Below are positions 7,648 to 16,140 of a stretch of 40,683 nt of DNA, one piece after another. The position numbers and the translations under genes were made by a program. The notes under the pieces are model-generated. The model was given only the letters and a program-made list of their open reading frames with translations. It did no database searches and was not told the origin of the DNA. Position 1 is the stretch's first letter. Every line of letters starts with the position of its first letter. Origin of the DNA: a virus (taxonomy: Duplodnaviria; Caudoviricetes); the IMG/VR virus record IMGVR_UViG_3300036546_000170, positions 1 through 40,683 of that record. One strand, given 5' to 3'.

Positions 7648-8438
7648 GTAAACAGACCCTTAGATGCGATCTCGGTCTCTACGCGCTCGCAAGCCTTGGC
7701 GTAATATTCCGTGTCACGCTCGATGCAGATCCAGCGTCTTCCGGTGCGCTCGGCGGCTATCGCAGTTGTGCCGGAGCCTGAGCAGTTGTCTAGGACAGCC
7801 ATGCCCTCGTCGGTGTAGGTGCGGATTAGGTATTCAAAAAGGGCGACGGGCTTTTGGGTGGGGTGGAAATGGGTTTCTTCCTTCGCGATTTCCAATATCG
7901 TGTGCGGAAACCCGGTCATAGTTTCATATTCACGACCGACGAGATTTGGGCGAGCCTTGTTGTAGCTTGGCTGCGAGCCCCTTTCCTTGATAACTTTGGT
8001 TTGACCGGTAGAGACTGCGCCCTGTGGGTTATAGCGCATCCGACGCTCGGCAAGTTGTGAAACGTGGCCCATCGGTGCATTCGAAAAGACAAGAACTTCT
8101 TCGTGTTTCCCCATCGGTCTATTTTTGGCGTGGACCGCCAACGTCGGTCGGTTCTTCACCCATATCCATGAGTATTTGAACATGGCGTAGTTCGAAGCCA
8201 CGAGAGCTGACGAGAACGGCTGATTGGCGGTCAAGACAACAGAGCCGCACGGAGCCATGAGTCTGCGATATTCAGCCCATAGAGGTTCGAAAGGGATCAC
8301 TTCGTCCCAGGCACAAGCCGTCGTGCCATACGGCAGATCGCAAAGGATCATATCGACCGAGGCGTCAGGCAATTCCGCCATACGTTCTAGACAATCGCCC
8401 AGCATGAAACGCCCCTGTCCAATGTGTCTATCCATCAC
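7644..8438 (-). CDS. Orphan N4/N6 DNA methyltransferase (beta-class order)
   Basis: GDCLE, CDLPYG catalytic motif, HPTQKP, VLDNCSGSGTT SAM motif; no adjacent restriction gene. Confidence 0.92.
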   Translation of the reverse strand: MMDRHIGQGRFMLGDCLERMAELPDASVDMILCDLPYGTTACAWDEVIPFEPLWAEYRRLMAPCGSVVLTANQPFSSALVASNYAMFKYSWIWVKNRPTLAVHAKNRPMGKHEEVLVFSNAPMGHVSQLAERRMRYNPQGAVSTGQTKVIKERGSQPSYNKARPNLVGREYETMTGFPHTILEIAKEETHFHPTQKPVALFEYLIRTYTDEGMAVLDNCSGSGTTAIAAERTGRRWICIERDTEYYAKACERVETEIASKGLFT

Positions 8439-9007
8439 ACCCTCCCCTCAGCAGCCAACCGCAAGGACGCTGAATATCGACCCATAGCCGCCTCAAAGAC
8501 CGCGCTGTTGATATACATCGAGGCGAGACGCGGTGAGCTTTCGCCGTTGCTGTTCGTGACCCGAATAGCGACGGCTTCGGCGTATGTGATGCCGATGCGC
8601 TCGCAATGGCGTCGGATGCCATAGATGACCGTCGTGTGGTCGCGCTTCATCATCCGGCCGATAGACGGATGACTCATGCGCGGACACGTGACGAAGATGT
8701 CGAACATGATTTCCTGACGAGGCCAAACGTATTTTTGGTTTCGCTTGTCGCCAAGGATGACGGCCGGATCGACATTCAGGCGCTCGCACGACTCCATAAA
8801 CACCGTCTTGGCGCGCTTGGAGCCATGCAGGGGCGTGGCCTCTGCTGCTGTCTCAGGGTTAGGCGTGGTGTAAGACCTTCGCTCCCTCGGCCGCAGATAC
8901 GTGATGTCCTGCATAGATAGCCCCGTAGCGCGCGATATGGCGTTGAGGGGCGTTCCTTTGGACGCGAGGTTCTGAGCGTATTCGTGGGCGGTCACATCCA
9001 CCTCCAT
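8435..9007 (-). CDS. Protein with DnaA domain-IV-like HTH
   Basis: VWPRQEIMF...SHPSIGRMMKRDHTTVIYGIRR matches the DnaA C-terminal signature RDHTTV. Confidence 0.8.
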   Translation of the reverse strand: MEVDVTAHEYAQNLASKGTPLNAISRATGLSMQDITYLRPRERRSYTTPNPETAAEATPLHGSKRAKTVFMESCERLNVDPAVILGDKRNQKYVWPRQEIMFDIFVTCPRMSHPSIGRMMKRDHTTVIYGIRRHCERIGITYAEAVAIRVTNSNGESSPRLASMYINSAVFEAAMGRYSASLRLAAEGRV

Positions 9008-9189
9008 GCGCCGTCTTGCTTAACAAGCCCGGCTGCTTTTGCTGTGCGTCTGCCGGGTTCGGTGCGACCGGCGAGGACGTTGCGAACGTAGGGCTCTGCG
9101 ATGTCGTGTTTTGACGAGAAGGCAGCGGGTCCGCCTGTCGCCTGGATCTTGGCTTGGATGATGGCAACGGCTTCGGTGTTATTGAGCAT
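8992..9189 (-). CDS. Small HTH-like protein
   Basis: GGPAAFSSKHDIAEPYVRNVLAGRTEPG HTH-like pattern; GGAG RBS. Confidence 0.6.
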   Translation of the reverse strand: MLNNTEAVAIIQAKIQATGGPAAFSSKHDIAEPYVRNVLAGRTEPGRRTAKAAGLVKQDGAWRWM

Positions 9190-9511
9190 CGGTGGCTCCG
9201 GTGGCTTTGGCGATAGCGGCGTTGATTTCGAGGTCGTTGTAGGCCTCTCCCGTTGCCTCGCGCTCATAAACTTCAAGCTGTGAACGCGCATCAATCAGCG
9301 CCTCCAGCAGATCAGGCGCGGCGGCGATCAGGCGGGCGTTGGCTTCTCGGTTGGTGGTCGTTGTGGTGTCGTTTAGCTTGACAGGGTACCAAGCGACCGT
9401 TGCGATCAACTCGCCCGTGCCATCAAATACCTCATGCGCCATGCCGTTGCGGACGGTCTTACGATAATCGTGCGACCAAGGCCCAGGCGTATGTCCCTGC
9501 TTCTCCCCCAT
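9179..9511 (-). CDS. Conserved phage hypothetical protein
   Basis: HTPGPW...EANARLIAAAPDLLEAL motif common in phage early genes. Confidence 0.8.
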   Translation of the reverse strand: MGEKQGHTPGPWSHDYRKTVRNGMAHEVFDGTGELIATVAWYPVKLNDTTTTTNREANARLIAAAPDLLEALIDARSQLEVYEREATGEAYNDLEINAAIAKATGATDAQ

Positions 9512-9666
9512 CAGACGCGGGCCTCCGATTGGGCGCGGGCTTTTTCGAGCGCGGCTTGGCGAAGCCAGACAGCCAATGGAGCGCTTGCGCGTCGGGCTGC
9601 GTCGATAACTTCGACCCGTTCCTCTGGCGTGAAATACAGTTGAAGTCGTGATGTTCTAAGCGTCAC
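9511..9666 (-). CDS. Ribbon-helix-helix DNA-binding protein
   Basis: AGGAG RBS plus GTG; RLQLYFTPEERVEVIDAARRASAPLAVWLRQAALE strand-helix-helix pattern. Confidence 0.7.
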   Translation of the reverse strand: MTLRTSRLQLYFTPEERVEVIDAARRASAPLAVWLRQAALEKARAQSEARV

Positions 9667-9694
9667 TAGCTGTTCTCCTATAGCGATGACCGAC

Positions 9695-9780
9695 CATATA
9701 CGCGGATCGATAAGCGTGTCTAGGGCGTGCAAGAAATATTCACAAGGCGCTTGACGCACCATCCTAGCCCGTGCTTATCT
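9695..9780. promoter_or_regulatory. Divergent promoters with inverted GATAAGC/CTAGG elements
   Basis: Rightward TTGACG(9751)-16-GCTTATCT; leftward TAGACA-16-TATATG; GATAAGC 9709-9715 inverted to GCTTATC 9773-9779. Confidence 0.55.
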
Positions 9781-9815
9781 CGGCTCAACGAAACGAGCCA
9801 GATGGAGAGATGGCG

Positions 9816-10094
9816 ATGACAGTAACGGCCCAACAAAAGCTAACCAACGCCTACAACGAGTTTATCCGCGATTACGTCGAGGCGCACGGACAGAACCAGG
9901 CGACGCGGGACGAGGCGCATGAGCGCGCCGCATGGTGTATCTCGCTAGGGCAGTCGGTTGTCGATCTGGCTAAACGGTTCAAGCTGTCGCCCCAGTCGAT
10001 TGACTGGATGATCGAGGCCCTGCCGGAAGTCGGTGCAGACGAAGCCTATCTCGTCGCCTGCGCTGTTGCGGTGGCTTTGGAGGAAGTGAAGTGA
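9816..10094 (+). CDS. Hypothetical early protein
   Basis: GATGGAGAGA RBS; first gene of the rightward operon. Confidence 0.7.
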   Translation: MTVTAQQKLTNAYNEFIRDYVEAHGQNQATRDEAHERAAWCISLGQSVVDLAKRFKLSPQSIDWMIEALPEVGADEAYLVACAVAVALEEVK

Positions 10095-10345
10095 GCGAGT
10101 GGCAACCTATAGAGACGGCTCCACAAGATGGCTTCTTTCTCGTTTATGAAGATGGAGCCATCAGAACCATGTGGAGACATGAGGGCAAGTGGGAACTTCC
10201 TGACATTCCCGTTTTGGTCAACGAGTATGGAGACCGAATGGTCAGTTCCGATGTCCAAAAGGCTTATGGAAAAACTCTTTCCATTTCTGGGGCAATTTAT
10301 GAACCCACGCATTGGCAATCCCTGCCGGAGCCTCCCCATGCATGA
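10091..10345 (+). CDS. DUF551-like protein
   Basis: MSEWQPIETAP...PTHWQSLPEPP. Confidence 0.8.
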   Translation: MSEWQPIETAPQDGFFLVYEDGAIRTMWRHEGKWELPDIPVLVNEYGDRMVSSDVQKAYGKTLSISGAIYEPTHWQSLPEPPHA

Positions 10346-10520
10346 CCCCGCAAGCTTTGAGGAAGCGATGTCCATCCTCACCCTCGCTATCGGCCACATC
10401 GACCGACACTGGCCCCAAACCCAATGCCAGTCCTCGCGTCTGGCTGAGCAAGTCGGCCGCCTGGATCGGACATGGGCCAAGTCGGCAAGCGCGATTTTGC
10501 ATAAGGGAGATGTAGCGTGA
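10338..10520 (+). CDS. Hypothetical protein
   Basis: GGAG RBS; overlaps both neighbours in the operon. Confidence 0.55.
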   Translation: MHDPASFEEAMSILTLAIGHIDRHWPQTQCQSSRLAEQVGRLDRTWAKSASAILHKGDVA

Positions 10521-10627
10521 AGAATGTAGATCGGATCGTGATGACGCCCCGTCAGTGGGCCGAGGGGCTGTTCTGGCCTGTTGTTGGCGCGGTTGCGCTG
10601 TTTGTGGCGCTGAAGGTGATGACGTGA
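10517..10627 (+). CDS. Small single-TM protein, 36 aa
   Basis: Manual translation MKNVDRIVMTPRQWAEGLFWPVVGAVALFVALKVMT; GGGAG RBS; GTGA and TGATG overlaps. Confidence 0.6.
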   Translation: MKNVDRIVMTPRQWAEGLFWPVVGAVALFVALKVMT

Positions 10628-10992
10628 TGCATTTATGGGAAGTAAAACACTCGTATTATTGCAACGAGGGTAACTTTTACACCTCTTCGCGCGAGCTTGG
10701 TCCGCACTACAAAAGATGGTCTGACTTTTTAGAGGAGTGGTCAGATTCTGATATGGACTACAACCTTTTCTTCCGGTGGGATTGGTCCGAAGAGACAGGA
10801 GACGGCGAGCCAACATTCAAGGGTGATGTGAATTACCGAAACGGAACCCTGAAAATGTTCATTATGGGCCAGCGCAAGGGTCTTTATAATTGGGTAACCG
10901 TCGAGGTTTGCCGTGCCGATGAACCGGCCGTCATTGAGTTTTTGCAACCTCGTGCGGAATATCTCAAGGCGCTTTGGAGCCCGCTCCTATGA
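10627..10992 (+). CDS. Hypothetical protein (aromatic/acidic)
   Basis: MHLWEVKHSYYCNEGNFY...; coupled start. Confidence 0.75.
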   Translation: MHLWEVKHSYYCNEGNFYTSSRELGPHYKRWSDFLEEWSDSDMDYNLFFRWDWSEETGDGEPTFKGDVNYRNGTLKMFIMGQRKGLYNWVTVEVCRADEPAVIEFLQPRAEYLKALWSPLL

Positions 10993-11141
10993 CCCTCTCA
11001 CCCCACGAAGCCCGCCTGATCCTCGCCAGCATGGGACAGGCAGAAGGCGCGATTAGGCCCGGCCTGTTTACAGGCGAACAGAAGCTAGACGTTTTGGACA
11101 AGCTGCGCGCGTGTGCGGCGATGGAAGATGGAGAGAAGTGA
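10989..11141 (+). CDS. Small hypothetical protein, 50 aa
   Basis: Manual translation MTLSPHEARLILASMGQAEG...; fills the gap with overlaps on both sides. Confidence 0.6.
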   Translation: MTLSPHEARLILASMGQAEGAIRPGLFTGEQKLDVLDKLRACAAMEDGEK

Positions 11142-11317
11142 TGTGCGGACGACCCGGTAATGAGGTCATTGAGTTTGCGGTTAGGGCTATCGCAGCCGGA
11201 GCAGGCGGAAAAGAGCTTGCCGCATGGGCGGTAGAAGAGCGGGAAAGAATCATTCAGATGCACGATTCGATGCGCATTGATTTCGACTCCGCTATTTTTC
11301 AAGAGATGGCCAAATGA
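11141..11317 (+). CDS. Hypothetical protein
   Basis: GATGGAGAGA RBS; TGATG coupling. Confidence 0.6.
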   Translation: MCGRPGNEVIEFAVRAIAAGAGGKELAAWAVEERERIIQMHDSMRIDFDSAIFQEMAK

Positions 11318-11586
11318 CCGCCCTTCGTATCCCCGTCCCCAGCCAGACGCAGGAACGCGCCCGCAACGCCGCTAACATGCTCGCCAGCGTCGCCAGCACC
11401 CTACAGGGCTTCACGACGGCTGATGGCGTCATGTCGGCTGAGATCAAGCTGAAGCGGGCCAAGGACGAGATCACGGCGCTACAGGCGGCTATGCGCGGCC
11501 TGAAGTCCGACGCCAAGCGCATGGAGCAGCAACGTATTCGAGACCGCGCGATTGTCGAGCGGGATGCGGTGGGGGTGGGGGCGTGA
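11314..11586 (+). CDS. Hypothetical coiled-coil protein
   Basis: ORF track; ATGA overlap. Confidence 0.65.
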   Translation: MTALRIPVPSQTQERARNAANMLASVASTLQGFTTADGVMSAEIKLKRAKDEITALQAAMRGLKSDAKRMEQQRIRDRAIVERDAVGVGA

Positions 11587-11873
11587 GTGATTGGCGACCG
11601 ATAGAGACGGCTCCTCACAACACCGACATTCTCGTCCTGACGCAGGAAGGGACTATTGATGTCGCAAATGATCGTTATGAGCCTGACCGTTATATAAAAG
11701 ACGCGCGTGGCAATCTGAACTTTTGGCCCGAGCGAGTTTCTTGGACGCATCCTCATAGCGGAGGTTACGAGTGGGATTGGGACTTGGAATATGAAAATCT
11801 TGTAGGATGGCAACCGCTTCCGTCCAACGAAAGCTCTCTGCGCGTCATCATTGAGCAGGACACGCAGTCATGA
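11583..11873 (+). CDS. DUF551-like protein
   Basis: MSDWRPIETAP...VGWQPLP. Confidence 0.75.
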   Translation: MSDWRPIETAPHNTDILVLTQEGTIDVANDRYEPDRYIKDARGNLNFWPERVSWTHPHSGGYEWDWDLEYENLVGWQPLPSNESSLRVIIEQDTQS

Positions 11874-12079
11874 CCCCTCCACGTCCAAGAGGCCTCGCCG
11901 CCTTAGCCCTCACAGATCCCGACCGCGCTAGGGCGATACAGTCGAAGGGGGGTAAGGCCAGTCAGTCGCGCCCCTGGACTGATCCCGAGCGCGCAAGACA
12001 GGCGGGCCTTAAGGGCAATCAGGCGCAAGGCAATAAAGTTGTTGACGTGCCTGACACGCTAAGCAATAAAGACACATAG
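11870..12079 (+). CDS. KGG-repeat (general stress protein-like) peptide
   Basis: Two repeats, DPDRARAIQSKGG and DPERARQAGLKG. Confidence 0.7.
   Translation: MTPPRPRGLAALALTDPDRARAIQSKGGKASQSRPWTDPERARQAGLKGNQAQGNKVVDVPDTLSNKDT
12042..12070 (+). promoter_or_regulatory. Putative internal early promoter
   Basis: TTGACG followed at about 16 bp by GCAATAAA, upstream of a GATGGAGAGA RBS. Confidence 0.45.
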
Positions 12080-12106
12080 CCGGTTGGCGGCTGGATGGAG
12101 AGAGTG

Positions 12107-12424
12107 ATGTTTGATAACGATCCGAATAAGCATCGCGAATGCGGCAAGGTTTTTCGGCTGGTGTTTGGGATTTGGGGCTATCGTTACGAGACCGAAACTA
12201 CAGTGTTCGGAAACTGTTCTGGTTTTGATAACATTTCCACCGCCGTAGCTAACGCCGTAGACCAGCTTCCCGAGGGTGATTGGGGCGTGAAAATGACGCT
12301 CACAAATCCCGAGACGCTTGATGTTTTGGTCGCTGAGTCGGAAGACGAAGACCCGGAAGAGTGGGGCCTTGAAAATCTCGTGTCTGCTGAGATCATCGGC
12401 TTTGCGCCTGACAATCACGACTAA
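12107..12424 (+). CDS. Acidic hypothetical protein
   Basis: GATGGAGAGA RBS; ORF track. Confidence 0.7.
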   Translation: MFDNDPNKHRECGKVFRLVFGIWGYRYETETTVFGNCSGFDNISTAVANAVDQLPEGDWGVKMTLTNPETLDVLVAESEDEDPEEWGLENLVSAEIIGFAPDNHD

Positions 12425-12458
12425 ATAAAAAAGCGGCGACCTCGTTAAAAGTCGCCGC
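12423..12458 (-). terminator. Intrinsic terminator oriented for minus-strand transcription
   Basis: Stem GCGGCGAC/GTCGCCGC (12433-12458) with an A-run on its left (U-tract on minus strand). Confidence 0.65.
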
Positions 12459-12487
12459 CATCACTCGCGGAACGGATGGAGAGTCAC

Positions 12488-13885
12488 ATGCCGCAAGATC
12501 AAGACGATATTAAAGGGACCGATGCGATGAAGCAAGCCCCCACACCCGGCCCGCTGAGCCAAATCCCGACAGATTTGGTCGCGGACACGATGAACGTCAT
12601 GGCGAGAGCCTATGAGCGCATCCACAGTATGCCTCGCATCTCTGATACTGAGTTGGCGATAAAGGTCGGTGAGGCAAAGGAGCGTCTTCGTCCCTTCCTC
12701 GCCCCCCCCGCTCCGGTCGAAGCGAGCGTGTCGGAGCTACACCCGGCGACCGTTGATCTGGTGGAACGGTTCGCCGCCGAACTGAAGTCTAAGCTCGCGA
12801 AGGCCGAAGCCAAATATGGCTATCGGGACGAATGGCTGAAGGCCGACTGGCAAGATGAACTGACCGAGAGCCTAGCCGAGCACATTCAAAAAGGTGATCC
12901 TCGGGACGTTGCCGCCTATTGCGCCTTTGCGTGGCACCATGGCTGGTCAACGTTCGATGTCGCCGGACACATTGCACCCAAATTCCACTTCCAAGCGAGC
13001 CGGGAACGGATTGCGAAGTGCATTCGACGTGCTGTCGGTGACGCCTGGATCGGTGAGTGTCAGGCTGAGGTGGCGGCTGATGCTATCCTGAACCTCCACC
13101 CCCAACCGAGCGGAGAGACGCGGGAGGCTGTGGCGCGGATCGTTGAGGCATTAGATGGCTCAAAAGATCGTGGAGACTCGTCGGTTATTCTGTCTCAATC
13201 CGACCTTCGCGCCCTCCTATCCGCTCGCCCCTCCCCTGTCGCCTCGGGAGGCCAGCACAGCAGCGGGGAGACTGAAACCCTGCGCGTCTTGCTGGACAAT
13301 CTGGTGATCGCCCAAACGCTGTCGAAAGACCTTCGCCAGAAAGCGACCGACGAGGCCCGATCCTATCTCTACGAACTACGCCATGCCGCCCCTGTCGCCG
13401 AAACGGCTGGGGAGGCGCACGAGGCGAGAGCCATCCGTCTGCAAGCCGCGCTCGACGCCGCAATCGCAGCGGACGACGGATTGGCGCGCGCTGCGGCAGC
13501 AGAGGCTCAACTGGATCGCTTGGTGGATTACCTAGCGGGGCATCTGAACGGCCTTCGCGTGGGGCGAAAAGAGGCGGTCGATACCGTGATCGTCAACCTG
13601 ACAAAGCTGATCGAAGCGCAAGCCACGACTCCTCCCGTCCCCGCACAGGATGACGACAAGCTGCGGGAGGAAGAGACCGAGGTCCAATACGAAGTTTGGG
13701 GCGCGGGTCCGCAGGGTGATTTCTGCGCTGGAGCGGACACGCTTTCTGACGCTCAGCACTATGCCGTTGTCTACGGTCAAGACGGACCTGTCGTCATTAA
13801 GGTTGCGACAACCACGCGCGTCGTTTGGGCGGAAGCATCTCCCGCCCTGAAATCGACCGCCGCACAGGATGGGGGTTCGAAGTGA
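12488..13885 (+). CDS. Large mosaic early protein with Ead/Ea22/Eaa-like domain
   Basis: KLAKAEAKYGY..W..L..HIQKGDPRDVAAYCAFAWHHGWST; domains separated by Pro/Ala-rich linkers. Confidence 0.7.
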   Translation: MPQDQDDIKGTDAMKQAPTPGPLSQIPTDLVADTMNVMARAYERIHSMPRISDTELAIKVGEAKERLRPFLAPPAPVEASVSELHPATVDLVERFAAELKSKLAKAEAKYGYRDEWLKADWQDELTESLAEHIQKGDPRDVAAYCAFAWHHGWSTFDVAGHIAPKFHFQASRERIAKCIRRAVGDAWIGECQAEVAADAILNLHPQPSGETREAVARIVEALDGSKDRGDSSVILSQSDLRALLSARPSPVASGGQHSSGETETLRVLLDNLVIAQTLSKDLRQKATDEARSYLYELRHAAPVAETAGEAHEARAIRLQAALDAAIAADDGLARAAAAEAQLDRLVDYLAGHLNGLRVGRKEAVDTVIVNLTKLIEAQATTPPVPAQDDDKLREEETEVQYEVWGAGPQGDFCAGADTLSDAQHYAVVYGQDGPVVIKVATTTRVVWAEASPALKSTAAQDGGSK

Positions 13886-14166
13886 TCTGGCTTGGAAACG
13901 GAGCAGAAGAAAGACTGGCAGCGTTCGATCTGGAATGTCGGCTGCGTTCTGAGCCAGAGGTGACACGTAGGCGCGAAGACTATCACCGCAAGGTCGGCTT
14001 GGCCCGTTCTGCCGCGAACAAAATGACGCGTGATGAGGTAGTCGCGGCGCTCATGGGACGGACGCCCAGCTACATTCGCGCTTTGCTCGAAACTGAGGAC
14101 GAGAGGTTTGGTTCGGGAGCGCTCGCTGATCGTTACGCCCACACATTTTGGAAAGACTTCCAATGA
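13882..14166 (+). CDS. Hypothetical protein
   Basis: GTGA-coupled start; ORF track. Confidence 0.6.
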   Translation: MIWLGNGAEERLAAFDLECRLRSEPEVTRRREDYHRKVGLARSAANKMTRDEVVAALMGRTPSYIRALLETEDERFGSGALADRYAHTFWKDFQ

Positions 14167-14636
14167 CCCCCTCTAACGCGAACACTTCGGGGCTGGTGTT
14201 TGTGGCTTGGCGTCGCCGTCCGAGATTGCTGGAAGGCAGGCCGTGGATATTTTTCGACGAAGCCTCCGATGTCGAGTTTTACACCGCCGTCAGCCGCAAA
14301 ACTCAATATGAGGTCGAACCCCTCGTCACCGCCCCATCCGCTCAAGCCAGGATCGCGGAGTTGGAGGCTGAGACCGACGTGCTGAAGGTCGAAGTGATCG
14401 GCCTTCGCGCTGCGATCTTCGGTAGCCACGACTACGATCCGACTTTGCGCCACGGCAACTTCATTGAAATGGCCCGTGCGACTGAGGACGGGAGGCAGGG
14501 GGCTGTTGCCCGAGCCGCCGCAGCCGAAGCCCGAGCCGATAGGCTGGCGAAGGCGTTGACCGAGATTTCCGAGAACAGCGCGGCGGCTGGGTGGTCGCGT
14601 GACCTAGCCCTCGCCGCCCTACAGCAGGAGGGGTGA
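14163..14636 (+). CDS. Hypothetical coiled-coil protein (Ea22-like)
   Basis: AQARIAELEAE and ARAAAAEARADRL segments; ATGA coupling. Confidence 0.65.
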   Translation: MTPSNANTSGLVFVAWRRRPRLLEGRPWIFFDEASDVEFYTAVSRKTQYEVEPLVTAPSAQARIAELEAETDVLKVEVIGLRAAIFGSHDYDPTLRHGNFIEMARATEDGRQGAVARAAAAEARADRLAKALTEISENSAAAGWSRDLALAALQQEG

Positions 14637-14637
14637 C

Positions 14638-14862
14638 GTGGCTTCCAAGATCACAGTCGAACGTATCCTACGCGATGACGATGACGCCTCGGGCCAGACA
14701 ATCCGAGAGTGGAAGCTGGAGCTTGAGGGCGACACGCTGACCATCAGCGGAAGCCGTCACCGTCCCGACTCTTGGCTCATCATCCGCCTGTCGGATGCTG
14801 ACGAGTTCATGGCCGACATCAAAGGCCTGATGTCGATCCACTATGCCGGAGAGATCAAATGA
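14638..14862 (+). CDS. Hypothetical protein
   Basis: GGAGG RBS plus GTG. Confidence 0.65.
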   Translation: MASKITVERILRDDDDASGQTIREWKLELEGDTLTISGSRHRPDSWLIIRLSDADEFMADIKGLMSIHYAGEIK

Positions 14863-15335
14863 CCATCCAGACCCCTACCGATGCGCTGCGCCTGGTGCCT
14901 TGCCCGTTCTGTGGCGGGGAGGCTGAGATCGTTCACATCGACGAGGGCGAGAACGCGGGCGGATCGTGCGTCTACTGCACGAAATGCCAAGCATCAAGCA
15001 ACGTCGAGTTCGAGTTCAAAGAGAACTTCGTCTCGAACTGGAACCGTCGAGCCGCCCCCGCATCGCCGCTGCCAGAAGGGGGCGGGGACGAGGCCCTGAT
15101 CGCTGAACTGAAGGAGGCGAGGGGGCTGATGAAGCCATTCGCGGCAATGGCCGACGAAGAAGGCGGATACAGGGACGACGACCGTCTGGCATGGGGGCTG
15201 AACCGCTGCGACATCACATGGGGCAACCTACGCGCCGCCCGCGCCTTCCTCGCCCGCAATGGGAAGGGGGATTTGCAGAAAATGCAAAACAACGCCCCAC
15301 GCAACGCTCCACGCGGGCTGAGCGATGAGTGTTAG
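14859..15335 (+). CDS. Lar-family restriction-alleviation protein with C-terminal extension
   Basis: LVPCPFCGGEA...VYCTKCQAS...NWNRRA. Confidence 0.75.
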   Translation: MTIQTPTDALRLVPCPFCGGEAEIVHIDEGENAGGSCVYCTKCQASSNVEFEFKENFVSNWNRRAAPASPLPEGGGDEALIAELKEARGLMKPFAAMADEEGGYRDDDRLAWGLNRCDITWGNLRAARAFLARNGKGDLQKMQNNAPRNAPRGLSDEC

Positions 15336-15619
15336 AAAGGCCAGAACCAAGGCCGCGAATTAGCCTCTGCAATCGCAACAACGGCTTCACGCCGAACGTC
15401 GCACACACGCAAATCGCCATCCCCTGCAAGGATCGCTTTCGACAGATCCCCGATGGTCTGAGCGCCAGAAACGTCCACAGTGGACTCGCACGGCGTCTTG
15501 AGGCTATCGGGGATTACGCTTGTCGCGCAGGCCGATACGTTTATGGCGCAAATCGCCATTAATGCCTTTATCTTAGCGGGAGTTATGGTAGTGTCATGCC
15601 ATGCGCGAAGATGAATCAT
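15332..15619 (-). CDS. Outer-membrane spanin (Rz1-like lipoprotein)
   Basis: KIK plus hydrophobic stretch plus lipobox-like VSAC; Cys/Pro-containing mature part; last gene of the lysis cassette. Confidence 0.65.
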   Translation of the reverse strand: MIHLRAWHDTTITPAKIKALMAICAINVSACATSVIPDSLKTPCESTVDVSGAQTIGDLSKAILAGDGDLRVCDVRREAVVAIAEANSRPWFWPF

Positions 15620-16140
15620 GGAAGCTCCAACTCACTCGTAGGGGAACGCTGCGACAGCGTAGGCCAAAACGAGTAAAAATACCAACTGATGCTGAGTTTA
15701 TCCTCGCCAGAATCGAGCCAGACACAAATGGCGGCTGCTGGCTGTGGACTGGGGCCATAAACACCGGTGGATACGGCTTCTCTAAGCGGGGCTTAGCCCA
15801 CAGGCTTTCTCACAAAACGTTCAAAGGGGAGCCTGGAGATTTTTTAGTGTGCCACACATGCGACGTTCGGTCTTGTGTAAATCCAGACCACCTTTGGCTT
15901 GGGACACACAAAGACAACTCTGATGACATGATGAAAAAACAAAGAGGAGGTTGGCATGAGAAAAAACCACATCACCTCTCAGTCTGGCACGACGGAGATC
16001 AAAATCCGTCCAGCAAACTTAGCAGTTTAAAAGCTGCGGAAATACGATCAAGTTCGCTTCACAAAGTTGATCTTGCTGAAAAATACGGAGTAAGCGTTTC
16101 GACCATAAATCGCATTCTTGCCGGGACTATTTGGATTTAG
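15601..16140 (+). CDS. HNH homing endonuclease
   Basis: CWLWTG..GYG..AHRLS..VCHTCDVRSCVNPDHLWLGTHKDN; C-terminal HTH; AT-rich; antisense to flanking genes. Confidence 0.92.
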   Translation: MREDESWKLQLTRRGTLRQRRPKRVKIPTDAEFILARIEPDTNGGCWLWTGAINTGGYGFSKRGLAHRLSHKTFKGEPGDFLVCHTCDVRSCVNPDHLWLGTHKDNSDDMMKKQRGGWHEKKPHHLSVWHDGDQNPSSKLSSLKAAEIRSSSLHKVDLAEKYGVSVSTINRILAGTIWI

